Shown here: positions 1-8,921 of the stretch, piece by piece
How positions within the stretch are numbered: position 1 is the stretch's first letter
Layout of the letters: every line of letters begins with the position of its first letter
Source of the DNA: Spirochaetia bacterium
GTDB lineage: Bacteria; Spirochaetota; Spirochaetia; UBA9216
Length of the DNA: 64,000 nucleotides
Assembly: GCA_965140585.1 (NCBI GenBank)
Contig: OZ223270.1
Location: 576,001-640,000 of the forward strand
Reading direction: 5' to 3'
Program-made: the position numbers and the translations under genes
The notes under the pieces: generated by a model
What the model saw: the letters and a program-made list of their open reading frames with translations, nothing else
The model's database searches: none
Told to the model about the DNA's origin: nothing

Positions 1-276
1 CTCTTCTGTATTTAGTGAACCGACGGTATCCCATACCGGATCTGTTGGTGAATCTGACCCGGGGGTATCATCGGAAAGAAGGCTTTCAATAATATCTTCA
101 GTGATGTCCCGGATGAGCCTCTCCGTTTCGGTATCGGGAAGCTGTGTAACACTTCTTTTAGATGATGCAATGAGGTATGATAGTCCGATAAAAAGGATTG
201 AAAGAAAAATTATCAGCATGAACGCGTACGGGGTAGCAAAGCCTTCCCGGAATGAATCAGCAGGCCTTCTACTCAT
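1..276 (-). CDS. GspK-like minor pseudopilin, N-terminal part (runs off window)
   Basis: Not in ORF track; manual translation MSRRPADSFREG|FATPYAFMLIIFLSILFIGLSYLI...SDDTPGSDSPTDPVW. Prepilin-like G|F plus hydrophobic helix lacking E5, and a D-S-x-x-D-x-x-W motif as in GspK. Overlaps the stop of the upstream pseudopilin. Confidence 0.65.
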   Translation of the reverse strand, partial: MSRRPADSFREGFATPYAFMLIIFLSILFIGLSYLIASSKRSVTQLPDTETERLIRDITEDIIESLLSDDTPGSDSPTDPVWDTVGSLNTEE

Positions 277-781
277 TATCATCTCCGTAACGAAGGGAAT
301 GACTTCCGAAAAGAAGCTTATGCTCGTATGCATTACCGTTTGCATCAAAGAAGACGATATTTATCCCAGCAGGTATTTCATCGATAATCACCGGTTCAAA
401 CTGTCCGTTTTTCAGGTTTTTATAAACGATCTGTAGCTCATCATTTCTTTCAACGGATAATCCATCTTCACTGAATGAAAGTATTAGAAACGAATTCCTG
501 TTACCGTTTAGGTAGGGGAGTTCAAGCTGTTCATTACTGCAGCCTGATTCAGGGTACTCTTCCCAGAAGGGGATCTGAATCTCATTGAATGAGTCTTTTA
601 AAAGCATGCCTGCCTGCTTGGATTCGCGCAGGAAGATCTGCTTCTCCCTGACTGCATTGAAACTTGAAAAAAGCTTCTGGCCGCCTATGAACAGCAGGAG
701 CGAACCAAGCGATAGAATAAACACTGCAATAACGGTTTCTGTAAGGGTGAAGCCTTCTTCAAGCCGGGAGTACTTATTCAT
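269..781 (-). CDS. Type II secretion minor pseudopilin (GspJ/H-like)
   Basis: MNKYSRLEEG|FTLTETVIAVFILSLG: class III signal with G|F and E5. Start ATG at 781 chosen inside ORF 269..838. Confidence 0.8.
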   Translation of the reverse strand: MNKYSRLEEGFTLTETVIAVFILSLGSLLLFIGGQKLFSSFNAVREKQIFLRESKQAGMLLKDSFNEIQIPFWEEYPESGCSNEQLELPYLNGNRNSFLILSFSEDGLSVERNDELQIVYKNLKNGQFEPVIIDEIPAGINIVFFDANGNAYEHKLLFGSHSLRYGDDNE

Positions 782-992
782 CACAGTAAACAAACTTCTC
801 AGTATCGAAGAGCTCATTGTTTGCTGCAAGGTACTCAAGGTATGCCGCTTCCTGCCTGACTGATAAGCGGATTATCGATGAATATAGGCCCGCGAACGAG
901 AGGATGAAGGCCGAAATTATTAAAACGGCGATGAGGGAATCAAGCAGGATGTAGCCATGTGTAAGGCTATTGTGAAGTTTCTTTTTCTTCAA
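774..992 (-). CDS. Small minor pseudopilin (GspI-like)
   Basis: Basic leader then G|YILLDSLIAVLIISAFILSF. TTG start at 992 inside ORF 774..1019; overlaps both neighbours. Confidence 0.6.
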   Translation of the reverse strand: MKKKKLHNSLTHGYILLDSLIAVLIISAFILSFAGLYSSIIRLSVRQEAAYLEYLAANNELFDTEKFVYCDE

Positions 993-1536
993 TTTTCTGT
1001 TCCAGCTTCTTGACGGCATCGATCGAATATCCAGATTTTCTCAAAACTGCAATATATTCCTTGCTTTCGGAATATCTGCCCTCATAGTAGCTGCACACAG
1101 CAGCCAGGTAGTATAGCACTGGATCATCTTCATCTATCTTGAAAGCCCTGGAAAGCAGCTTCTCAGCTTTTTCATAATCACGTTTTTTGATATTTGATTC
1201 AATCTCATTCCTGAAATAGGCCATCGATGACATCTTAAGGTACAGTACCTGTTTGGGATCGAAAAAATCAATCTCGGTTTCTATTGTTTCGAATCCCGGC
1301 TTTGTGATGCTTATCTGGTATTGCCCCTCTTTCAGCTCCGGGATTATGAACCTCCCATCTATGTCAGTTGTGTATTCCTTATCGGAGTCGACCGTCACTG
1401 TTGCTCCGGCGACGGGGCTGCTGTAATTGTCGAATATGATTCCGGCAAGATTAGCCGGGAAGAAGTTTTCCGGTGTTGATGCACAGCCTGAAAAGATTAG
1501 CGCCAATACGGAAAAGATAATGTATCTCTTTTTCAT
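967..1536 (-). CDS. Lipoprotein with carboxypeptidase-regulatory-like domain and C-terminal TPR (possible pilotin/accessory factor)
   Basis: Lipobox FSG|C; motif PVAGATVTV...TTDIDGRF...G.Y.I.I.K.GF; TPR-like helices (YEKAEKLLSRA...DPVLYYLAA). Confidence 0.75.
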   Translation of the reverse strand: MKKRYIIFSVLALIFSGCASTPENFFPANLAGIIFDNYSSPVAGATVTVDSDKEYTTDIDGRFIIPELKEGQYQISITKPGFETIETEIDFFDPKQVLYLKMSSMAYFRNEIESNIKKRDYEKAEKLLSRAFKIDEDDPVLYYLAAVCSYYEGRYSESKEYIAVLRKSGYSIDAVKKLEQKIEEKETSQ

Positions 1537-2063
1537 GGGTTTTCCTTAGTAAAAGATTGAACGGTTACAAAATTGATCATCAAAGACAGGTTGTAGATGT
1601 TCTTTGCAGAATTATAGCTTAATGAAACCTGGTCGACATCGATCTTCTTTTTATAATTGTACAGGAACTGAAGGTATTCGAGGATGGACCTGATTTCGCC
1701 TTCGGCCGAAATATTGATCCGCTTTGGATCTGATGATTCGTTTGTGCTGTAATTACTTACCGTAACTCGCCTGTTCTTTGCAGCATCGATAACAATATCG
1801 CAGAACTCGTAAAACTTGATCTCATCCTCCGAGAAGAGGGAGGATGCAAGCTTATCATAGTTCTGCTGAGACTGCTCGAGTTCTTTTGATAGATCTATAT
1901 ACCCGGTTTGTACCGATGCAAGACTGATATTTTCATTGCCGAGCCTTGATAATTTTTCCTTATTGCTGTTTATGCTGTTAAGGTTCCAGCTGATAAAGAG
2001 TATTATGGGAACGAGCAGGGTGAGCATCAGAATCCTCAACATGAGCAGTCTTTGTCTATCCAT
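1533..2063 (-). CDS. GspM/PilO-like inner membrane assembly protein
   Basis: N-terminal TM, coiled coil, ferredoxin-like C-terminus (ISAEGEIRSILEYLQFL); position in gsp operon. Confidence 0.6.
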   Translation of the reverse strand: MDRQRLLMLRILMLTLLVPIILFISWNLNSINSNKEKLSRLGNENISLASVQTGYIDLSKELEQSQQNYDKLASSLFSEDEIKFYEFCDIVIDAAKNRRVTVSNYSTNESSDPKRINISAEGEIRSILEYLQFLYNYKKKIDVDQVSLSYNSAKNIYNLSLMINFVTVQSFTKENP

Positions 2064-3024
2064 TGAACCGCCCCGATAGTGAGAACCGAAACCCCTCATC
2101 ATCGTCCTGAATCCTCTGAATGCTTACATCGGAGAACATCCCGTTTTTCGAAAGGCTGTCCGAAACATCGATTGGATTTCTGCTGACAGCTTCCATAGAG
2201 AAGGATTTGTTCTGTACCGATATCCTTCTGATCTTGATATCGCCCCCGACAATACTGTACAGCTCTGTTAAAAGTACATACGGACTGTTTATTTCTTCAG
2301 ACTCAAATGCATCAATGCTAGATGTGATTTCTGAGATCTCTTTTTCCAGCTCGGTGTTCTGGGCCTGATACTGGACAATGCGGTTTTGCATTGAGATTCG
2401 TTTTGAAACCTCCGCATCTAAAAGTGCCGAGTACTTAAAACTGATGCCGCCAGCCAGCAGAAGCAGGATTGCGGCAAGAATATAGAATTCAATGAAGCTG
2501 AACGCCCTGCTATTTCTGATTCTTTTAAAACGGTTGAAATCCGTAAACCGGGGAGTTTTTAAAATCAGGCTTTGATCTAATTGCAGCGGGCTGTCCTCGG
2601 GCTTATCCAGGAATATCCATCTTGTGTTGATATCCGGAACTGATAATTCGGAAGCCCTCAGATCGCTCAACTGGGAACGCTGCGGTATTCCATCTTTTAT
2701 GAAGATCCTCTCGATAAGTTTTCCATGGGAAATACAGAGGCATTCAATTTCATCAAGTTTTCCCGAAAGCTCCGGAAGTATGAATGCCGGAATCACCGGT
2801 TTTCTTTTTCCAAAATCAGCCGAAGCCGCCTTTGTGATAAAAACGATTACAGCGGTATTGGTTCCGAATATCCGGTAGATATATTCATATGCACCGTTGT
2901 TTCCAGGATATATGGAATGAATCTTTGAGTCTACGTAATCATCAAGAGATTGATTTTCCTTGTCTTTGGGTATATCCAGAAAGCGGACATCGTAATGCTC
3001 CCTGGATAAGATATAATCAGACAT
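2056..3024 (-). CDS. GspL/PilN-like inner membrane assembly protein
   Basis: Cytoplasmic N-domain, single TM, coiled coil and PilN-like C-terminus (LLTELYSIV...IRRISVQNKSFSMEA...FSDVSIQ); follows gspG. Confidence 0.6.
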   Translation of the reverse strand: MSDYILSREHYDVRFLDIPKDKENQSLDDYVDSKIHSIYPGNNGAYEYIYRIFGTNTAVIVFITKAASADFGKRKPVIPAFILPELSGKLDEIECLCISHGKLIERIFIKDGIPQRSQLSDLRASELSVPDINTRWIFLDKPEDSPLQLDQSLILKTPRFTDFNRFKRIRNSRAFSFIEFYILAAILLLLAGGISFKYSALLDAEVSKRISMQNRIVQYQAQNTELEKEISEITSSIDAFESEEINSPYVLLTELYSIVGGDIKIRRISVQNKSFSMEAVSRNPIDVSDSLSKNGMFSDVSIQRIQDDDEGFRFSLSGRFNG

Positions 3025-3464
3025 CAGTTATCCCAGGAGGTAATATCCTTGTTCAGATCTTCCCCGCCTTCAAGCCCGTCGGCTCCAAATGATCTTATCC
3101 CGAAGGGCAGTCCATTCGGACCGGGAACCGTGTACTCAAACTCGTTTCCCCACGGATCGGAAGGCACTTCCTTTTCAAGGTAGGGGCCGTTCCAGTCCTC
3201 GGGAACTGGTGAGATATTCGTCTTCTTCCACAGGGCATCGAGGCCCTGATCCTGTGAAGGAAACTGCTTGTTGTCAAAGAAGTAGGAGTTAAGTGCCAGA
3301 CTCAGGTTTTCGATCTGGGTCCTGGCTGTAACAACCTTTGCCTTGTCTATGTATTTGAAGGCCATAAATCCTACAGAGCTTGTGAGTATTAAAACGATTG
3401 CAATGACAATCAATGTTTCAACGAAAGTCCAGCCTTCTTCAAGTTTCTTCTTTATCTCTTTCAT
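3024..3464 (-). CDS. gspG: Type II secretion major pseudopilin GspG
   Basis: G|WTFVETLIVIAIV signal; T2SSG motifs QGLDAL, WNGPYL, DPWGN, SFGADGLEGG. Confidence 0.93.
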   Translation of the reverse strand: MKEIKKKLEEGWTFVETLIVIAIVLILTSSVGFMAFKYIDKAKVVTARTQIENLSLALNSYFFDNKQFPSQDQGLDALWKKTNISPVPEDWNGPYLEKEVPSDPWGNEFEYTVPGPNGLPFGIRSFGADGLEGGEDLNKDITSWDN

Positions 3465-3479
3465 AAAATCTCCAAATGT

Positions 3480-4532
3480 CTATGCTATCGTACCGAAGAG
3501 CGAAAACAGCGGCACAATAAAATTGAGGATGAGGTATATAATTATCGCTCCCACAAGGATGGTGAGCAGAGGTTCGATTACTCCAAGCAGTCTGGTCGTA
3601 AGGTTTTCAATCTCGGATTCGTAGTAGATTCTAAGCTGGGCGAATACAAGCTCCGTCTGTCCCGTATTCTCCCCGATACCAATCCACTGTATCATCCGCG
3701 AAGGAATTTCCTTATGGACAGAGAATGCCTTGTGAAGGCCACGGCCAGAAACGAGATCTCGGTTTACCGATGTGAATATCTCCTTAAGCCTTGCGTTGCT
3801 GCAAACCTCCTTTGCCTCAAGGACGGCAGAGGATAAAGGGATACCGTGCTTTGTGAGGGTTTCAACCGCAAAGGTAAAATTGAATATGTCTATTGTCTTA
3901 ACAATATCAGAGACAAAAGGAAGCCTCAGTATCAGTTTATCCGTTGCCGATTTTACACGCTCAGCTCTCCGTCTGATAACCGCGGTTGCTGCAAACAGCA
4001 GGATTAGAAGGATTAACCCCAGACCCGTAAGCTTTAGCCCGGTTATTCTTGCCTGAAAGGATTCGAGCTGTGATCCATTTCCGGCAATCTCGCTAAACAG
4101 CTCCTCTATCTTTGGGATTCCGAAGAGCATCAGAAAGAAGAGCCCTGTAAAAAGCATTACAAGCACCATCAACGGATAGATGGAAGCGTTTATGAACTTG
4201 TCACGGACCTTTTTATTCCTTTCAAGGTAGGTCTTAAGTGTAGGCAGGATTGTGGATAATGAGCCTATCCGATCGCCGATGTTTACAAGCCCGCTGTACA
4301 ATGGTGGAAGGCTGTAATTGCCCTTTTCGAAGAGGCTTGAAAGTGAGTTTCCCTTCTTTAGTCCCTGTTGGAGGTACTCAGTCAGTTCCCTAAGCCTCTT
4401 CCCTGATGTGAAGCTGTTAATCATTTGAATCGAGTTGTATACCGAAAGCCCCGAGTTAAGCAGAAGCGAGAGGTTTGATGTGAAATCAAGCAGCTCGCGT
4501 GTTTTAAGGCGTTTTGCTTTGTTATTGCTCAT
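3480..4532 (-). CDS. gspF: Type II secretion inner membrane platform protein GspF
   Basis: Two T2SSF repeats (LSLLLNSGL, IYP, GENTG, IEPLL) with TM segments. Confidence 0.9.
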   Translation of the reverse strand: MSNNKAKRLKTRELLDFTSNLSLLLNSGLSVYNSIQMINSFTSGKRLRELTEYLQQGLKKGNSLSSLFEKGNYSLPPLYSGLVNIGDRIGSLSTILPTLKTYLERNKKVRDKFINASIYPLMVLVMLFTGLFFLMLFGIPKIEELFSEIAGNGSQLESFQARITGLKLTGLGLILLILLFAATAVIRRRAERVKSATDKLILRLPFVSDIVKTIDIFNFTFAVETLTKHGIPLSSAVLEAKEVCSNARLKEIFTSVNRDLVSGRGLHKAFSVHKEIPSRMIQWIGIGENTGQTELVFAQLRIYYESEIENLTTRLLGVIEPLLTILVGAIIIYLILNFIVPLFSLFGTIA

Positions 4533-5998
4533 ATCACCCTCTCGATTTCAGACAAGTCGGTGATGCCTTCGATAGTTTTTTGAAGCCCGTTTTTAAAAAG
4601 GACCGAAAACTCCTCTTTTTCAAGCTGTGCAGAAAGGATGTTGTTAGGAGAGTTTTTGACTATCAGATCCTCAAGCTCTGGGGATGTTACAAAGCTTTCC
4701 GCAACTGTGGTTCGTCCCGAATAGCCTGTATGGTTACATTTGGGGCAGCCCTGATGGTGAAAGCTTGAATCGGTTTCAAGTCCGTATTTTGCATAGATGG
4801 ACCTTTGGGCGTTTGAGAGTTTCTTTTCTATTTTACAATCAGGGCAGAGAACCCTGACCAGCCTCTGGGCAACCGCGCCCCGAAGAACCGCCGCAAGCAG
4901 GTATGATTCGACCCCCATATTGATGAGCCTGTGAACGGATGATACGGCGTCATTCGTGTGAAGTGATGATAAAACAAGGTGCCCCGTCAGGGCGGCACGG
5001 ACTGCAAGCTGGGCTGTGTCGGAATCCCTTATCTCACCGACCATTATGATATTAGGATCCTGTCGAAGAACCCTGCGAAGTAGCGAGTGGAATGTCAGCC
5101 CGATCTCATCGTTCGTCTGGATCTGATTAACACCGTCTATACGGTACTCGACTGGATCCTCGATTGTAACGATCTTGTTCGACTGGTGATCGAGGTTTCT
5201 GATAATTGCATTGAGACTGGTTGTCTTCCCCGAACCTGTAGGTCCGGTAAACAAAACGAGACCGTGAGGCTGGTTGTACAGCTCAATGATATTTTCCTTA
5301 ACAGGGTCGGAGAATCCAAGATCATCGATGCCAAGAATAGCCCCCTTTCGGTTGAAGAGCCTTAGTACTATCGATTCTCCTCCGGTGATTGGGACTATTG
5401 AAAGCCTCATATCAAGCTCAACGCCTGCAATACTCACCGAAACGCGGCCGTCCTGAGGCAGTCTTCTTTCCATGATATTGAGATCGGCCATGATCTTGAT
5501 TCTGCTTGATACCGGTGAGAAATATGATGCATCGTATTCCATCACCGGAACAAGTACTCCGTCAATCCGGTAGCGGATTGTAAGCCTGTCGCTACGGCCT
5601 TCGATGTGGATATCTGATGCTTTTTTCTGGATGGCCTCGATGAAGATCGAGTTGACCAGGTTGATTATAGGCGCGTCATCTGCAAAGGTGTCGATCTCTA
5701 TATGGTTGTTTACGCCCGCAGAAGATTCGTAGCTCGAAGCCCCTGATAACGCCCTTCCGAGGTAAATTGTAAAATCTTCCGGTTCAATCTCTACAAACTC
5801 GACCTTTCCTCGATGAAAATCTTCTATCTCATCGAGCAGTTCCCGGCTATACGGTGGGCATATACCGACTATCGATAGTCCTTCGTTGTTTACTCCGAGC
5901 TGAAGCACCTTGTTTTTCTCCATGAACTTCACAGCATACTGCTCATGAAGCGGTGGAAGAGGTTCAAAATCCTTTATTGCGGCCTTTCGTATATTCAT
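4529..5998 (-). CDS. gspE: Type II secretion ATPase GspE
   Basis: ASDIHIE, RRLPQDG, Walker A GPTGSGKTT, TIEDPVE, LRQDPNIIMVGEIRD, tetracysteine motif CPDC...CPKC. Confidence 0.95.
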   Translation of the reverse strand: MNIRKAAIKDFEPLPPLHEQYAVKFMEKNKVLQLGVNNEGLSIVGICPPYSRELLDEIEDFHRGKVEFVEIEPEDFTIYLGRALSGASSYESSAGVNNHIEIDTFADDAPIINLVNSIFIEAIQKKASDIHIEGRSDRLTIRYRIDGVLVPVMEYDASYFSPVSSRIKIMADLNIMERRLPQDGRVSVSIAGVELDMRLSIVPITGGESIVLRLFNRKGAILGIDDLGFSDPVKENIIELYNQPHGLVLFTGPTGSGKTTSLNAIIRNLDHQSNKIVTIEDPVEYRIDGVNQIQTNDEIGLTFHSLLRRVLRQDPNIIMVGEIRDSDTAQLAVRAALTGHLVLSSLHTNDAVSSVHRLINMGVESYLLAAVLRGAVAQRLVRVLCPDCKIEKKLSNAQRSIYAKYGLETDSSFHHQGCPKCNHTGYSGRTTVAESFVTSPELEDLIVKNSPNNILSAQLEKEEFSVLFKNGLQKTIEGITDLSEIERVI

Positions 5999-8175
5999 GA
6001 TTCGGGGAAAAACTCTTCCGACAGCCTGGCTATCTCATCTTCGGGTGCAAGGGCTTCATCTCCTGCCTCATCCTCAACAAGGTAGGGTATGAGGTAAACT
6101 ACAAACTCGGTGTTCTCTTCGGTATTGCTGATGCTCCTGAAAAGAAAGCCGATTAGAGGAATATCCCCAAGGATTGGAACTTTTGAAACAGATTCCGTAA
6201 CTTCCTTCTGCATCAGCCCGCCTATTACTATAGGTTTTCCTGATGGTGTTCGAAGGTGAGTATTGATCACCCTTTCCGTGGTAGGAGGCAGCTCGTTTTC
6301 GCTGTTGCTGTCGGTATCGCTCTCCTTTGAAATGGTTGACTCCACCTCCATAGTGATCATGTTATCACCCGAAACCCAGCCTGTTATTTCCATGAACAGA
6401 CCGGTTGAAATCTCGCTTGTGACACCCGTGTAGGTAACATCACCATCATCATCAACCTCGTACTCCTGATAGCGGTATGTGGAGCTGTTTTGGAAGCTGA
6501 CCGTTTGTCCCGTAAGCCCATGCAGGGTAGTGTCTGCCATAACCTCGGCCGTGCTGTTGCTAAGAGCCGTGTTGAGCTCAACTGCAAAGAGGTAGCCGAA
6601 TGTTGAGAGTATATCGAAATCAAGTGAAAGAAGGCTTCCAATCGCTCCAAGGAAGACCGATTCGCTGTCGTCATCGGATTCTGAGTTTGAAACGCTTATA
6701 TCAAAATCGAGCCCCTTGCTTTTCTGGTACTGGATAATCATCAGCTTGTATCTTAGCTGTGGTTCAGGAACATCAATTTCGGCAACAAGCTGTTTAAGGT
6801 ATTCCATTCTGGAAGTACTGCCTATGAAGTACACTGTGGACTGGCTTCCCGTATCCTTAAAATCATCGGAGGTGAACGGGGGCGGCGGGTTTCCAAGGAA
6901 ATCCTCTGCCTTTAGATATTTAAAGGTAAGCACATGTGTTTCCCGTGGGACATCCATTGCATGAAGCAGGTTTTCTACTTCATTCTTCTGTTCCTTGGTA
7001 TAGAAGCCAAGAAACGAATGTGCATCCTTGAGCACTATGGGCTGGGGTGCTTTCAGTCGCTGCGGGAATGACTCGATGGCTGTTGACGGCTCGATGAAAT
7101 CAAGGGCGAAGGTGTAATACTGTTTATTGGTTTGAGGTTTGTCTATTGCCTTCAAGTAATCTTTAAGCGGCCTAAGTTCCTCAAGGCTTCCGCTCAGTAT
7201 CAGGGAGTTGCGGTCGTTGTCTAGCTTGTAGAAACTGCTGGAACTAAGTAGATTAGGAAGCAGGCCTGGAACATCTTCTACTGAGAGGTAATTAAGCGGA
7301 TAGTATTCGGATGATTTGTATTGCTTGAGGATATCCTGCCGGTTTATGTCAAACAGATAGTATATTTCGTTATGTACAGTATAATCACCGCCGGTCTGCA
7401 CCAACAGCAGCCTCAGCAGGTCATCGAAGCTTTTATCCGTATATTCAAGGTCCTTAAGCGATGCGGAAGATTTGAAAAGAAGGACGTATTCCTTCCCGGC
7501 CTTGTCAAACAGTTCATCCAGGACGGAGAGTAGATCTCCACGTTCGATGTTTAGGTTGTAGCTGCCTTGACTGCTAAGGGTAATTGATTCTTCAGATGAT
7601 TTATCAGAACCGGCACTCTGTGAAGCCTGTTGCCGCTTTATGTAATAATAATCGTTGTCTGTAAACAGTGAGTAATCGGTAAATCTTTCCACAATCATCG
7701 AAAGGAAACTTTCCGGTGTGATTACAATGCTGTTTAATGTAAGCCGTTCGGATGGCAGGGGATCAAAGAGTATTGTCTTCCCGATTGCCCTGGATGTCTC
7801 CTGAAGTATGTTAAACAGGTTTGCCTCGTTTGTTCTAATGGAAAATAGTCCTCTTGCTGGATCATAAACAGCATCAATTCTGGATATCGAGTACATCCTC
7901 TCGCCTATCTTTTTGTAGAAAAACCCATATTTTGTACTGAGACTGTCCATAGCTTCTTCAAATGTAGTATTTGAAAAACGGTAAGTGACTGTTCCAGTTA
8001 CTGTTTCATCTGGAAGTATTGAATTTCCGGTTGCAGAACCAAGTGCTATTAGCACATCTGAGAGAGGTTTGTTTCTGAATTCAATATCATTAATCGGCTG
8101 TTGCGCTGAAACTGAAAAAATCAAAATAAAGAAAAAAAATACTAATAAAATGCTGATAAGCCGGGATTTTTGCAT
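5995..8175 (-). CDS. gspD: Secretin GspD
   Basis: Signal peptide, N-domain repeats, C-terminal secretin motif IVIGGL...KVPILGDIPLIGFLF...EFVVYLIP. Confidence 0.9.
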   Translation of the reverse strand: MQKSRLISILLVFFFFILIFSVSAQQPINDIEFRNKPLSDVLIALGSATGNSILPDETVTGTVTYRFSNTTFEEAMDSLSTKYGFFYKKIGERMYSISRIDAVYDPARGLFSIRTNEANLFNILQETSRAIGKTILFDPLPSERLTLNSIVITPESFLSMIVERFTDYSLFTDNDYYYIKRQQASQSAGSDKSSEESITLSSQGSYNLNIERGDLLSVLDELFDKAGKEYVLLFKSSASLKDLEYTDKSFDDLLRLLLVQTGGDYTVHNEIYYLFDINRQDILKQYKSSEYYPLNYLSVEDVPGLLPNLLSSSSFYKLDNDRNSLILSGSLEELRPLKDYLKAIDKPQTNKQYYTFALDFIEPSTAIESFPQRLKAPQPIVLKDAHSFLGFYTKEQKNEVENLLHAMDVPRETHVLTFKYLKAEDFLGNPPPPFTSDDFKDTGSQSTVYFIGSTSRMEYLKQLVAEIDVPEPQLRYKLMIIQYQKSKGLDFDISVSNSESDDDSESVFLGAIGSLLSLDFDILSTFGYLFAVELNTALSNSTAEVMADTTLHGLTGQTVSFQNSSTYRYQEYEVDDDGDVTYTGVTSEISTGLFMEITGWVSGDNMITMEVESTISKESDTDSNSENELPPTTERVINTHLRTPSGKPIVIGGLMQKEVTESVSKVPILGDIPLIGFLFRSISNTEENTEFVVYLIPYLVEDEAGDEALAPEDEIARLSEEFFPES

Positions 8176-8390
8176 TTATAGATTTACCTTGTTAAATTAG
8201 TCTACAAATTATTTTATAGGTAGTCTCTTTGTCTGTCAATTTCTATGGAAATAAAAGGAATTATTAAAATATTCAAAATCAAGATTTTTGAGAAAATTAT
8301 TGATCGAAGGTAAAACATGTGCTAATGTTTTGAGCAAATTCATTAATAATAAAGTTAATTTAAAATAGAAAGGAAAAAAATGACATCTTC

Positions 8391-8819
8391 TTATCTACCA
8401 TTTAGTAGAAAGAGTATAATTGCACCAATAGTCATAAAAGGTGCAAAAGGTATTTTTAATTTTTTAATCTCAAAATTTAATACTACTTTTAGAGTTATCA
8501 GATACAAAATCGCGATTATACTTGCTGAAGTAATTGCAAATAACCAATTCCAGATTCCTAATAATACTGAGACAGATGCGGAAAGTATGGCATCCCCAAG
8601 ACCCATTCCTCCTTTTGTAAGCAATCGAATAAAGAATAAGAATAAAAAACCTACAAAAATACGAATCAAAATTTGTAACAAATTTGAATTGTTAATCCAA
8701 GAATTAATACTCACAAGTATAAGTATTGCACAGTTTAAGGCAATTGGGATTTTGAGTGATTTAAGATCGAAAATTGCAACGATAATTAGGAGTAATATTA
8801 CTATTGTCGATAATGTCAT
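8391..8819 (-). CDS. Prepilin peptidase, A24 family (short form without N-terminal methylase/Zn domain)
   Basis: Very hydrophobic; both catalytic Asp motifs (AIFDLK and GGMGLGD) and C-terminal IPFAPF; co-oriented upstream of gspD. Confidence 0.85.
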   Translation of the reverse strand: MTLSTIVILLLIIVAIFDLKSLKIPIALNCAILILVSINSWINNSNLLQILIRIFVGFLFLFFIRLLTKGGMGLGDAILSASVSVLLGIWNWLFAITSASIIAILYLITLKVVLNFEIKKLKIPFAPFMTIGAIILFLLNGR

Positions 8820-8921
8820 AATTTAATTTCCAAATATGTGGAATATATTGAATTATTTAAAATTATTAAAGTCTTGTTTTAAATGTTTATAAAATTATTG
8901 ATTTTAAAAATGGAGATTTAA

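Noticed and set aside
1-8175. Type IV pilus or competence operon
   Set aside because: Major pilin has GspG-specific motifs, a GspK-like gene is present, and no PilT or PilM is seen in the window.
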